Shown: piece after piece, positions 38,321 through 52,020 of the stretch
How positions within the stretch are numbered: the first letter of the stretch is position 1
How the letters are laid out: every line of letters starts with the position of its first letter
Source: Chiloscyllium plagiosum
Taxonomy: Eukaryota
Length of the DNA stretch: 64,000 nucleotides
Direction: 5' to 3'
Assembly: GCF_004010195.1 (NCBI RefSeq)
Contig: NC_057719.1
Span: 89,736,959 to 89,800,958 of the forward strand
Program-made: the position numbers and the translations under genes
Notes under the pieces: generated by a model
Database searches by the model: none
Told to the model about the DNA's origin: nothing
Seen by the model: only the letters and a program-made list of their open reading frames with translations

Positions 38321-40667
38321 GATTACTTCTGCAGTTGTCATTACCAATGCATGATACTCCCAAGTTGGGATAGTCTGTACTCTTAATTCCATCTGGGAGA
38401 ACATGAAAACTGATTTAATTAGCAACTTGTTGTAACATACCAGGCATTATACTGAAATTCACTTACATTGCTCAATGTCTTTTTCAATTGCTGGCAGCAT
38501 CCAATAGTGGAAAGTAACACTTCCACCTTGCTCAGAATGGACTCACCAACCAATAAGCACCATTTTCACTTCCTGCATAAATGGTTGCAATTGTTTGAAA
38601 TTTGGAATTTGTGCATTTAAGGCAAAACACTCCTCTTTTCAGCAATACTTAAGTCCTGTACTACCAATACAAGTCCCTTCCTAGACAACAGGAAAAGGCC
38701 TTTAAGTCATCTTCCCAGATAAAAGGGTTTATATTACATTTTTGTCATACAAAACAGGTACAGAACAACTAGCTTGCATGTCCAGCTTTTTCTGAACTCC
38801 AAGTTTCAATCCCTCCAATCTGGGTTTATGCCTCTATCGCAACATCGAAAGAGCCGTTAGGTCAGATAAGACCATTAGACAGAAGAGCAGAATTCGGCAT
38901 CGGTCAATTGAGTCTGCCCACCATTCAATCACGGCTAATATATTTCCCAATCCCATTCTTTTGCCTTCTCCCATAACTCTGGCATCTGCAGTAACGTGTT
39001 CCACAGATGCAGCATCCTCCAGCTGAAGAAATTCTTCATCTCTGTCCTAAAGTATTGTCCCTTCACTCAGAGGCTGTACCCTCTGGTCTTAGTCTTTCCC
39101 ACTAGTGGAAACATCTTCACTACGTCCACTATATTCAGGCCTCTCCGTATTCTGCAAATTTCAAATCAGATCTCCCCAGTGTCCTCAGCTGTTCCACACA
39201 TGACAAGTCTTTCAGCCTCAGAATCCTTCTCACAAACCTTCTCTGGACCCTATAATTTCCTGTCTTCAGCCTTTCTCCTTCCTTAAAATAAGGGGTGTTA
39301 TATTAGCCATATTCCAGTCCTGTGGGACACTTCCCGACTTCAGTGATTCCTATAAGATTGCCACCAATGACTCCACAATCTCCTCAGTCATCTACTTCAG
39401 AGTCCATTTTTTCCAGCTTCCACAACACCTTAGGTGATTGTTACTACACGCACATCTGCCCCTCACTGTCTTGAAGTTCTGACAGGCTACTAGAATGTAA
39501 TTTGTGACTTTGACAAAAGGTAAACTCCTCTTCCTCATTCTGTCTGTACCCTCTGACAGCTGATCGCACCATCCTCTCCCAACACCTCTTCAGTATTATC
39601 CAGCTAGGAACTTTTCTCACTTGGTTTCATTCTTATTAATCTTATTGTAATAAAGAATTGCCTGTAATGGCTTCTTTTTAATCCTATACAGTTACTTCTA
39701 GTGACCCCAAAAAAAAGGTTTCCACATGCAGACCAATGGTGGTACCATCCAAAAACTTGGGAATTTTTCAATAATACCTCACCGCCATCTCTTTGGTTGA
39801 ATAATTAGGCTATTTTATCTGAAATCCAAAACTGATAGCAAAAAGGCTTTCCCTAATTAAACACGGGGAAAACTGATGCCATTGTTCTCAATCCCAACTA
39901 TAAACTCCACTCCCTTGTAACTATTAAATATGCATTTTCTTGGGGGAAGGTATGAAAGGATAGATGAAGAGAAACCATTTCCCTAGGCTGGAGTGTCCAA
40001 ACTTAAGTGATCATAGCCTCAGAATTAAAAAGATGGTTGCTCATTTGGGTCTGAGATGAAGAAACAATTCTTCACCAAAATACACCTTTGTAATTGTTCA
40101 GCACAGAGGACTGTAGATGGTCAGCTATTGAAGACAAATTTGGTACATGAAGAATGAATATATCGGGTTGAGATGGGGGAAAAAGATAGATCAGCCATGA
40201 CCATACTGAATGACAGACAAGGCCATGGCTTTGCTTTGTTATGGAGCTCCAAGATCTATCAGTATGACAATGCTTGATTGTACTGCTCTGACTTGTTCAG
40301 TCGGAAATGTTTGGCACTTTTTGCACTTCCCTATGGAGTAGAATTTTTCCACTATTCCACAGCACATCTCATTCTCCTGTTGGTGCTATAGTAAATAAAG
40401 GCAGCCTATAAATAAAACATTCCATTGAGCCTATGCATCACCTCTATTTAACACCCAGACCTTCCACTCATTTAGCAAGACACAGGACAATTCATTCACG
40501 CCAGACATAGAAAAGAATGAGAAGCTAGTGAGAACTGCCTCTTCACTGCAATTAGTAGTTGGAAAGTATGGAAAGAGAACACAAACTGTATAGAATAAGA
40601 GCACAATATAGGCCTGTTTCACTTGTTGTTAGTGACCACAACTCAATGTCCATCTCAATTCACAATA

Positions 40668-40882
40668 CGAGGCAACCCTTGTATCTGCAGAATCATTTTC
40701 CGTGGTTTCACTTACCTGCGATTTACCATGGCCCATATAAAAGGGAACGTTCCGGAACGTTCCAGAAGGCTGCTAGGAAGGTACGTTTTCCATTAAAATC
40801 AATGGGTTCGCTCCTATCCACTGTTTTGGGCTTCCACGGTAGGTCCTGGAATGTATCCCCCTCAGGTACAGGGGAACTACTG
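40668..40882 (-). mobile_element. Short Tigger-like MITE (same family as 42159-42371)
   Basis: Reverse-complement similarity (ttccgtggtttca, ggtaggtcctggaa, ctactg). Confidence 0.7.
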
Positions 40883-41409
40883 TGGGTGGTCGGTCGGTCG
40901 GTCAGTCAGTCAGACAAAACTTTCCTATCAGGCCTTGACATACACCAGGCAAACATGCAAAATCAAAACTTTAATGGCCGAACGGACACTTGGAGACTGG
41001 GCTAAAGGCAGAATGAAGTGATCCAAATGGTAATAAGCCAGAAGCTATGCCAAAAGTAAAATTGAGCTTTCCCACAGATTTTGCACAGCCATAGTAATGA
41101 AAATAAAGAATACAAACTAGTCAGCCAAAAGACTTTGCAACTCTTACTGTAGAACAGGTCATAAAAGTATTACATTTCCAATTATACCATTTTTCCAAAG
41201 AAATGACTGTGCAAAAGTTGAAGAATAGGTACATCATTAATATTACCCCTCACTAGACCAATTTGGCAATGGCCCAGTGGGAAGTATCTTTAAGTGATCT
41301 TCCAATTATAAAATATAGAACAATAATAAATCATTGAGATGGTCAAGACAGTCAACAGTCTAACTATACAAACAGCACATCTATTACAAACTGCATATTC
41401 TATTCAACT

Positions 41410-43740
41410 GTCAGAGTCCTACAGCACAGAGACAGGCCCTTTGGTCAAAACTGATCCATGCTGACAAAAACGTCCATCAACGCTAACCCCATTCCCCTGC
41501 ACTTGGCCCATATTCTTCTAAAACTTTCCGTGCATTTGTCCAACTGCCTTTTAAATATTTTCAATGTACCCACCTCAACCACTTCCACTGGCAGCTCATT
41601 CCACACGTTTACCCTCAGGTTGCCTTTTATTCTTTCCCTTCTAACCTTAAACTGATGCCCTCCAGTCCTTGATTCCTCAACCCTGGGAAAGAGACTGAGT
41701 GCATTCACCCTATCCATGTCTCACATGATCGTATACACTTCTATAAGGTCCCTCCTTAGTCCCTTATGATCTGAAGAAAAGAGTCCTAATGTGTCCAACC
41801 TCTCCCTATAACTCAGGTCATTAAGGCCTGGCAACATCCTTGTAAATTTCTTCTGTACTTTTTCCAGTTTAGTAACGATGGTGTGGAAGTGCTAGTGTTG
41901 GACGGGGGTGGACAAAGTTAAGGCAGCATCCGAGGAGCAGTACCACTCTAATCTAGACTCTGGCTTCCAGAATCTGCAGTCATTGTTTTTACCTGGACAA
42001 AGTTAAAAATCACACAACACCAGGTTATAGTTCAACAGGTTTACTTAGAAGTACTGGCTTTCAGAGCACTGCTCCTTCGTCAGAAAGCTGTGGAGCAGGA
42101 TCATAAGAGACAGAATTTATAGCCAAAGATCTCGGTATCATGCAACTGAAACGATATACAGTAGCCCCGCTGTAGCCGCGGGGGGGTAAGTTCCAGGACC
42201 TACCGCGGAAGCCTGATTCCACAGATAGGAGCAAACCCATTCATTTAAATGGGAAACATACCTTCCCAACAGCCTCCTGGTCCCTGGTTCCCTATACTGT
42301 GTTCGGGTCATGGTGATCCACGGGTAACTGAAACCACGGAAAATAATTCTGTGGAAACGGGCGTTGCCCTGCATTGAACAAATCTTTTACGATAAATTCT
42401 GTGTATAATGATCCTGCTCCACAGCTACCTGATGAAGCAGCAGCAGCAGCAGAATGCTAGTACTTCCAAATAAACCTGTTGGACTGTAACCTGGTGTTGT
42501 GAGATTTTTAATTCAGTTAATAACATCCTTCCTATACCAAGCTGACCAAAACTGAACACAATACTCCAAGTGCGGCCTCAATGTTCTCTACAACTGTAAC
42601 ATAACTTTCCAATTTCTATACTCAATGCCCTAACTGATGAAGGCCAGTACACTAAAAGCCTTCTTCACTCTCCTGTCTACCTGTGACTCCACTTTCAGAG
42701 AACTGCGTACAATAACTCCAATGTTGTTCTGATCCACTACACTCCTTAAGGCTCTACCATTCACCACAAAGTTCCTGTCTAGATTTGACCTTATACTTAT
42801 CTATATTAAATTCCATTTGCCATTTCTCAGCCCACTTCCCCAGCTGATCAAAATCCTGCTGCAACTTCTGATAAATCTTCTTCACTGTCCACAATACTGC
42901 CTATTTTAGTGTCATCTGCAAACTTACTAATCATGCCTTGCACATTCTCATCCAAATCATTGATTATAGATAACAAACAGCAATGGGCCCAGCACTGTCT
43001 CTCCTACACATATATGTGGTTCTACACATATATGTCGACTATGGATCTTGAGGGGTCTTATTCACTCTCTAGATATTCTTTTTCCTTTAAACATACTTAA
43101 AGAATTTCTTTTATTTACCCTAATCAACTCAGCCAACACTATCTCATGCCTCCTTTTTGCACTCCTGATCTCCTTCAGTAAATTCCCATATTCCCTGTAT
43201 ACCTCCAGGGATTCCAGTTGCCTGTACCTGAGCCACACCTCCTTTTTTCTGGTCAAAGCCTCAATATCTCATCATCCAGGGTTCCCTATTCCTGTTAACC
43301 TTGCCTTTCACCCTCACAGGAACATATAGACCTTGAACTCCAGCTATCTCACTTTTAAAGGCCTCCCACTTGCCAGCGGTCCCTTTGCCTGCAAACAAAT
43401 TACTCCAATCAATCCCTGCAAGCACCTGTCTATCTCCATCAAAATTCATCTTGCCCTAATTTTGTACTTGAACCCGTGGACCAATTTTGTACCTCTTCAT
43501 TACTATTTTAAAATTAATAGAACTATAGTCATTGGTCCCAAAGTGCACCCCCACTATAAATTCTGTCACCTGTCCTGTCCTATTTCCCAACAGTAAGTTG
43601 CGTTTTGCCCCTTCCCGAATAGGATCCTCTATATACTGCTTTGAAAACTTTCCTGAAACCACTTAATAAATTTCACCCCATTTAAGCCCTTAGCACTCTG
43701 GCAGCCCCAGTCTATGTTTGGAAAATTAAAATGTCCTGCC
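41410..43740 (-). mobile_element. CR1 LINE with nested PLE family B (41878-42510), a family A fragment and a MITE
   Basis: GHFNFPNIDW and FADD-region remnants; nested TSD tggacaaagttaa (41909-41921/41994-42006). Confidence 0.85.
42159..42371 (+). mobile_element. Short Tigger-like MITE
   Basis: ta|CAGTAG...GCCCTG|ca; second copy in reverse orientation at 40668-40882. Confidence 0.7.
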
Positions 43741-44231
43741 ACGACGACCCGTGCTCCTGCAAGTCTCCCCAGACTGCCTCTCCAGTTCAGAAGTAAGCCG
43801 CCTCTTGAACAAGTCACCTCTGCCCTAAAATCTGGACAAAAATAGGAGCCATCCTAGGTATGATGCCCCTACAAGTAGCATTTTCATGTTCACATTCAAC
43901 TATCACTCTGAAAAAAGTTCGAAAGTGAAGGCATGGGTCAGATAACATCCTGGCAAGAAGCCAATGCCCTCTGACAATGAGGATGATCAGAAATTTAGGT
44001 GAAAATGAAAAGGACAATGTTTTAAAAAAGTGCGTTTTCTATGAAGTTACTCTGTTAGTGCAGATCAGAGATCATACTGAACACAGTTTGCAGATTTAGA
44101 AGGCGGCCTTGGAAAGGATCTAACTTAATAGTGGAAAAGGTTCATGGTGTTGACTATGTAGAAGTAGGCCATTCAGCCCATCGAATCACTCCATATAATT
44201 AGATCATGGCTGATCTGATCACCCTCAATTT

Positions 44232-44560
44232 GGCAGCTCAGTGGTTAGCACTGCTGCCTCACAGCGCCAGGGACCTGGGTTAGATTCCAGCCTCAGGCAA
44301 CTGTGTGGAGTTTGCAAATTCGCATGTCTGCATGGATTTCCTCTAGGTGCTCCAGTTTCCTCCCACAATCAAAAAGTGTGCAGGTTAGATGAACTGGCCA
44401 TGCTAAATTGCCCACAGTATTCAGGGATGTGTAGTCAGGTGCATTAGTTGAGGGTAAATGTAGAGTATTAAGGTAGGGGAATGGGTTGTGTGGGCTACTC
44501 TTCGCAGGGTCAGTGTGGACTTGTTGGGTCAAACGGCCTGTTTCCACACTAGGGAAACTA
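44232..44560 (+). mobile_element. HE1-like SINE
   Basis: Same head and body. Confidence 0.88.
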
Positions 44561-45019
44561 CGATTCTTGACTTTCCTTCTTTTGCCCTTTAACCTTCAAT
44601 TCACTTACTGATTAAATAAATCAATTTAGCTCAGCCTCGGCTACTTTAATGACTGACTCTATAGCCATTTACAAAGAGAATGCCACAGCTTCACTATCCT
44701 CCATGTGAAGAAATTCATCCTGCGTCTGAAATGGGCAACACCTTAAATCACCTACTGATCCTAGACTCTCCCACAAGGGAAAACAAATCTACTCTGTCAA
44801 GCCCCTTAAAGAATCTTGGGTATTTCAACTTTTAAATTCCAATAAATATAAGCCCAACATACTCAGTTTCTGCTGACGCAAAAAAACCTCCCTAGCTAGA
44901 ATCAACATACTGAAACTTTCTCTGGATTGCCTCAATGTTAGTACGCATCTCCTCAGAGTAAAAAAAGGGTCCCAAAACTGTTCACAGTATTCCCGTTTGG
45001 TGTAAATACTGCCTAGACA

Positions 45020-46600
45020 GTCACACAGGTCTGCAGCACAGAATAAAGACCATTTGACCCATCCAGTTTGTACCGGTCAAAAACAACCAAACTGCTCGAA
45101 TTGATTTTCTGGTGCATAGCCTTGGTGATGCAAGTGCACATCTAAATACCTCTTAAATGCTATGAGTGTCTCGTTCTCTACTACCCTTCCAGGCAGTGCA
45201 TTTCAGATTCTTACCACCCACTGGGCAGAAGAGTGTTTCCTCACATCTAAACAATCTTCCCATTTCATAAAATTCAGCTCAGTCATTGATCCTTCCATCA
45301 AGGAGGAGAAAAATCTTTCCTTTCTAATTTTATAGATCTCAAACATGTCCCCTCTCAATCTCCTCGTATCCAAAGACAAGAATCCCAGGCCATCCAAACT
45401 CTGTTCAAAACTGAAACTCACCCGGGTGTTGCCTGGGCCGGAAAATTTCCACTACATTCTCTCCAGTGTTATCACATTCTGGCTATAATGTTGATTCCAT
45501 GCTTTAGTTATGGCTTTACCACCATTTTATACAGTTCCAGCATCATCTCCCTTAAATTTAATGACTTATCTAAAAAAGGCAAAGATCTCATTATGCCTTC
45601 TTAACCACTTTAATTGTCCTACTACTTTAAGGATCCAGTGTACATGGTCAAAAGTCCCTCTGATCCTGTGTGCTTCCCAGGGCTGTACTGTTCAACAGAT
45701 ATTCCCTTGCCTTGTTTGACCTATCCAAGTGCATAATCTCACACTTAACCAGATTGAATTCCATTTGCCTCTAAACAGTCCATCTGACCAGCCCGTGCAT
45801 ATCTTCCTGGAATCGAAATCATTTATATGAACTACAAACAGCTAGGGCCCTAACACTGACCTCTATGGGACCCCACTGGGCACAGATTTCCAGCAGCAAA
45901 AAGACTCAACCATCACAGCTAATTTGAGGTCCAACTGGCAAAATATTCTTGAATTCCTTGGAGCACGGGGTTTTATCTTTGCTATCAGTCTCACATACAA
46001 GATTTATCTAAAGCCTTGCTGATATCTAAATAGACTATATCAAATGAACTACCCTTATCTATACACCTGGTCATTTTTTCCAAAAAATTCAATTTTTTTT
46101 GGATTTCTTACAGCATGGAAGCAGGCTGTTCAGCCCACTGAGTCCATACTGTCCTTCCAAAGAGTCCCATCCCCACTACACGATCATCCTGTAACCTCCC
46201 ACATCTAACCCACCTAGTCTACACAAACCTGGATTCCATAGGCAATTTAGTATGGCCAATCCACCTAAACTGCACATCGTTGCACTATGGAAAGAAACTG
46301 GAGCACCAGGAGGAAACCCACAGTCAGGGAGAACATACAAACTCCATACAACCAGTCGCTCAAGCATAGAATTGAACCCAGGTCCCTGACACTGAGGCAG
46401 CAGTGGAAACAACTGAGTTACCGTACCATCCAAGTTAGTCAGATCCAACCTCCCCTTAACAAAATTATGCTGACCATTCTTGACAAATTCCTGCCTCAAG
46501 TGGAGATTAATTCTTCCCCTCAGAATTGCTTCCAATTGTTTCCCCATCACCAAGGTTAGACAGACTGGCCTATAGTTTCCAAGTTTACCCCTTCCTCCTC
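45020..46600 (-). mobile_element. Old CR1 ORF2 fragments
   Basis: GNYRPVCLT, GVP-GSVLGP region, LGFLSLDTRRLRGD. Confidence 0.75.
46105..46430 (-). mobile_element. HE1-like SINE
   Basis: Reverse complement of the SINE, inserted in CR1. Confidence 0.8.
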
Positions 46601-46830
46601 CACACATGCTGGCTTAGAAATTTATTTTTATAGTTTACACACAAGCCATCTATACTGCAGATCCTCTATTCTTCCTGCTGAAGTGCATAGCCTCACACTT
46701 TCCCACATATTCCATTTGCCAAGCTTTTCCCCACTTAGTCTGTCTGTAGCTTCTGCCGACTCAGTGTTATCCTCACTACTTGCCTTCCCATCTATTTTTA
46801 GATTATCTACAAACTTTACTACAGTATGTT

Positions 46831-47476
46831 GTAGTTCTGTTTGCCGAGCTGGGAATTTGTGTTGCAGACGTTTCGTCCCATGTCTAGGTGACATCCTCAG
46901 TGCTTGGGAGCCTCCTGTGAAGCGCTTCTGTGATGTTTCCTCCGGCATTTATAGTGATTTGTACCTGCCGCTTCCGGTTGTCAGTTCCAGCTGTCCGTTG
47001 CAGTGGTCGGTATATTGGGTCCAGGTCGATGTGCTTATTGATTGAATCAGTGGATGAGTGCCATACCTCTAGGAATTCCCTGGCTGTTCTCTGTTTGGCT
47101 TGTCTTATAATAGTAGTGTTGTCCCAGTTGAATTCATGTTGCTTGTCATCTGCATGTGTGGCTACTAAGGATAGCTGGTCGTGTCGTTTCGTGGTTAGTT
47201 GGTGTTCATGGATGCAGAGCGTTAGCTGTCTTCCTGTTTGTCCTATGTAGTGTTTTGTGCAGTCTTTGCATGGGATTTTGTACACTGCATTGGTTTTGCA
47301 CATGCTGGGTATCGGATCCTTCGTTCTGGTGAGTTGTTGTCGGAGAGTGGCTTTTGGTTTGTGTGATGTTATGAGTCCTAGTGGTCGCAGTAGTCTGGCT
47401 GTCAGTTCGGAAATGCTCTTGATGTATGGTAGTGTGGCTAGTCCTTTGGGTTGCGGCATGTCCTCGTTCCGTTGTC
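46831..47476 (-). mobile_element. 5'-truncated Penelope-like element (family C) with intact GIY-YIG endonuclease frame and terminal hammerhead
   Basis: ORF 47459-46884: ATLPYIKSISE...NAVYKIPCKDCTKHYIGQTGR...HEH...REFLE; TSD ctacagtatgtt at 46819-46830 and 47496-47507. Confidence 0.92.
46864..46903 (-). ncRNA. Minimal type I hammerhead ribozyme motif (PLE family C)
   Basis: RNA reads GCA-CUGAGGA-U-GUCaCC(loop)GGGAC-GAAA-CG-UC-UGC: stem I GCA/UGC, stem II and full catalytic core. Confidence 0.8.
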
Positions 47477-47819
47477 AAATCTTCTCACAAATCTTCTACA
47501 GTATGTTCACTTTCCTCATCTAAAGTCAATATATATTACAAATAACTGATCTGTGGCATTCCACTAGTTAGACTTCAGGACCAGAGCTGAATGGGACCAA
47601 GCGGAGAGCAGCTTGGGAAGGGAAGAGTTTGATTCTGAGGGGGAAAACTGAAAAGCGATGCCACAGGAGGGTTGTGATTTGATTGTTTAATAGGAAATCT
47701 GCTAAATTTGAATCTTATCAAATTATTACTTACACCTTGCATTCAGATTGAGAAAATACATAAAGCTTTAAAAAATTAAAAATTGAAAAAAATTAAAGCC
47801 AATTAAATAAAATAAGGAT

Positions 47820-49417
47820 GGAGGGGTCAGGTGATGTGTTGCTTCTGCATGTTTTGGGAACTGGTGGACCCTACTGCAGTTCCCAGTGACCATGTCTGTA
47901 GTAAACGTTGTTTGCTGTAAGAACGCCGGCTCAGAGTCGACGAGCTGGAGTCTGAGCTTCAAACACTGTTGCACATTATGGAGGGGAAGAGTTACCTGGA
48001 CGCTATATTTCAGGAGACTGTCACACCCCTTAGACTAACTCACTCGAATCTGGTCAATGGTCAGGGACAGATATGGCTATGAGTGAGGCAGGAGGTAGAT
48101 TTGCAGCAGCATAAGTCCCTATCCTTGTTCAACAGGTTCAAGACTCTTGTTCCCTGTGTGGATAGGAATGGGGACTACAGGAGGATGAATCGACTGACCG
48201 CAGCATTGTGGTGAAGGGGGCCATTCAAGTGGGATGATAGAAATGTTGTTGTAATAGGGGATAGTATAGTTAGAGGCATAGACGCTGGTCTGTGACCAGG
48301 ATCGAGAATACCGAAGGTTGTGTTGTCTGCATGGTGCTTAGGTTCGGGATATCTCATCTGGGCTGCAGAGGAACTTGGGAGTAGGAGAGTAAAGATCCAG
48401 TGGTCATGGTCCACGTAGGTACAAATGAAGTAGATAAAACTATGGCAGAGGTTCTGCTAAGGGAATACGAACAGCTAGGAGCTAAATTAGAAAGCAGAAT
48501 AAAAAAGGTAATAATCTCTGGATCACTACCTGAGCCATGAGCTAATTGACACAGGGTCAATAAAATAAGAAGATAAATGCATGGCTTGAAGATTGGTGTG
48601 GGAGGAATGGGTTTGAATTCATGGAGCATTCCCATGGGATGGTCTTCATGTGAACCATGCTGGGAGCAGAGTCCTAGCGAATCATCTAACCAGCGCTGTA
48701 GAGAGGGCTTTAAACTTTACAGTAAACAGAAGAGCCTTGGGAAAAGTTAATGAGCAGAGAGATCTGGGAGTGCAGGTCCATTGTACCCTGAAGGTTGCTG
48801 CACAGGCGGATAGAGAGGTCAATAAGGCATACGCTTGCCTTCATCGGACCGGGTATGGGGTACAAGAGCTGGCAGGTCATGTTAAAATTGCACATGCGTT
48901 GGTTCGGCTGCATTTAGAATACCGTGTACAGTTCTGGTCGTCACATTACCAAAAGGACATGGACGCTTTGGAGAGTGTGTGGAGAAGCTTTACGAGGACA
49001 TGGCCTGGTATGGAAGGTGCTAGCTATGAAGAAAGGTTGAGTAGGTTAGGATTACTTTCATTAGAAAAAAGGAGTGAGGTGGGGGGGGAACCTGATTGAG
49101 GTCTACAAATTCATGAAGGGTATATACAGGGTGGATAGAGATAAGCTTTTTCCCCAGGATGAAGGATTCAATACCGAGAGGTCATGCTTTCAAAGGTGAG
49201 GTGGACAGTTTAAGGGGGATACACGCAGCAAGTACTTTACACAGAGGGTAGTGCGCATTTGGAACACGTTGCCAGCAGAGGCAGGCATGGTAGATCCATT
49301 TAAGATGCGTCTGGACAGATGCATGAGTAGGTGGAGAGCAGAGGGATACAGATGCTTAAGAATTGGGCGACAGGTTTAGACAGTGGATTTGGATGGGCTC
49401 AGGCTTGGAGGGTCAAA
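47820..49417 (+). mobile_element. CR1 ORF1 (esterase) joined to ORF2 C-terminus/3' UTR
   Basis: VVIGDSIVRG, VHVGTNE, IISGSLPEP, then at ~48716 EQRDLGVQVH...LEYRVQFWS. Confidence 0.85.
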
Positions 49418-51060
49418 NNNNNNNNNNNNNNNNNNNNNNNNNNNNNNNNNNNNNNNNNNNNNNNNNNNNNNNNNNNNNNNNNNNNNNNNNNNNNNNNNNN
49501 NNNNNNNNNNNNNNNNNNNNNNNNNNNNNNNNNNNNNNNNNNNNNNNNNNNNNNNNNNNNNNNNNNNNNNNNNNNNNNNNNNNNNNNNNNNNNNNNNNNN
49601 NNNNNNNNNNNNNNNNNNNNNNNNNNNNNNNNNNNNNNNNNNNNNNNNNNNNNNNNNNNNNNNNNNNNNNNNNNNNNNNNNNNNNNNNNNNNNNNNNNNN
49701 NNNNNNNNNNNNNNNNNNNNNNNNNNNNNNNNNNNNNNNNNNNNNNNNNNNNNNNNNNNNNNNNNNNNNNNNNNNNNNNNNNNNNNNNNNNNNNNNNNNN
49801 NNNNNNNNNNNNNNNNNNNNNNNNNNNNNNNNNNNNNNNNNNNNNNNNNNNNNNNNNNNNNNNNNNNNNNNNNNNNNNNNNNNNNNNNNNNNNNNNNNNN
49901 NNNNNNNNNNNNNNNNNAAATGCGTTTATAAGTGCCTGCGTCATTTAAAAATGTTTAACTGTTTATGCATTCAGAGTACCTGTGTTAAAACGAAGGCATC
50001 TTATTTTTTTAACAAGTGCTGAATTTGTTTCAAAAACTCAGCAGGTCTGTCAGCATCCAGATACCTTTCAAATGTTGTTATTGGACCAGCTTCCTCCAAT
50101 TCCTCTGATAGTTCAGTCCTCTGCGTAAAATTGTGCTGCTTAGGCCTCTTCCAAATCTTTCCCCTCTCACGTTCAACCAATGGCTTCTACGTTTGGACGC
50201 CCCTATCCTGGGAAGAAACCTTGACTACTCACCCTCTCCATGGCTGTTATGATTTTATAAATCGCTACTGCTGCGAAATGTGATCCCAACCAACATGAAT
50301 GGCTGTGGTCACAGTCTTTCCTGGGCCTAAATTCTGAAATTCAATACTGACACCTCTCCTCCATTAAGACACAATTCTAACACCATTTTCATCAGTTTTT
50401 CTAGACGTATTATGAAACATCTCTGTGGAATGTGTCGCTGAAACTTTGTGCCCGGAGATAGAGACACGAGCACTACTCAGCAATTGTCCCTAAAGCTGCA
50501 ACATGATTTCTCTGTGTCTTTGTTCATCAGAATGTTCTGACATGCTTTGACACACCTCCGCAATAGGCAAGACTTGAATCCAGACCGTTTGGTCCAGAGC
50601 TAAGGACACTACTACAGAAGTTTGGATTTGGAACCGAATCCAGTTTTCTGGCTCAGAGGCACGGGTACTACCCATGCCACAAGATCTAAACTATGCCCAG
50701 ACTTTAGGTCACATGTTAAGTGCCAGCTTTCAGCTCGGTATTGGATTTCTTAAAATCTGGTTAACATTACTGAACTACACAAAATGATTTTCATTTTTAA
50801 ACAAATGCAAGGCATTTGTCTCAATTGTCGGATATTGAGATCACGAACTGGACCATCGAGATAAATCATAAACATCGTTAACTGTTAATATCTGCACTCT
50901 GCAATATTAGGGAAATAAATCCTGCAGGCATACTATGCGCAAAGACAGGTCCAAACAGATATTTGTTACTAAACACCAAAGACAAAGAAAGACCATAATT
51001 TCTGCCCCCAAAACACCGATCAGTATTACCCACCAATATCCACCCTCTTCCTAAAACAGC

Positions 51061-51350
51061 GGCGGTGGCGCAGTGCTTAGCACTGCTGCCTTACAGCGCC
51101 AGAGATCTGGTTCACTTTCCGCCTCCGGCAACTGTCTGTATGGAGATTGCACACTGTTCCCATATCTCCGTGGGTTTCCTATGGTTGCTCCAAAAGTGTG
51201 CTGCTTAGGTGAATTGGTCATGCTAAATTGTCTGTAGTGTTAAGTGAAGGGGTATATGTAGGGGAATGAGTCTGGGTGGGTTGCTCTTCGGTGTGGACCT
51301 GTTGGGCTGAAGGGCCAATTCCACACTGTAAGTAATCTAATCTAACCTAA
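51061..51350 (+). mobile_element. HE1-like SINE
   Basis: Same head; taatctaatct tail. Confidence 0.88.
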
Positions 51351-52020
51351 ATCCATGAAATGATACTTGGCGGCTGATTATTGTCCAGCATCTCCTCCCC
51401 ACTATGTCTGCAATCTGTCCCTCCTCCCCCAAACCACACAAGGCAAACCAAGCTCAGGGTCTTTGTGAAAATGAAGGCCGGAGAGTGCAGGGCTCCTGGA
51501 GAGGAATGGGCATTTTAAAATTGAAGGGGGAGGGTGAGGGAGTGATAATAACACTCACTGGGCTGCGGAGATTAAGTGGTTGACTTACCGAGGTTTATGA
51601 AATCATGAGGGGTACAGAGAAGCTGAAGGGCTGATGCCTTTTCCCTAGGAGTCGAGGGTTCAAGACTGAGGGATATTTTAATTTCAGAGGAGAAACGTTT
51701 ACAAAAGTCATGAGAGGTAATTATTTTAACCAGAAGCTGGCCTGTGTAGAATGAACTTCCAGAGGAAGTGGTGAAAGTGTGTGCAGTTACAATGTTTAAA
51801 AGACGTTTAGATCAGTATATGGATAAGGCATCCGTTTGGATGGTGCAGTGAGCAGCTGCCCTCTCCCTCCCCCTCTCTGAATTAATCCCTGTTGGCTTTC
51901 ACCCTCTACCTATGCCTGTACAATGGAGGCCAGCAGAGGGTGGCATTGCATCACTTAAAACACCACAGAGACTGCCAGACCTGCCGCACACAGAGACACA
52001 CTAGATACACTGACAGGAAT

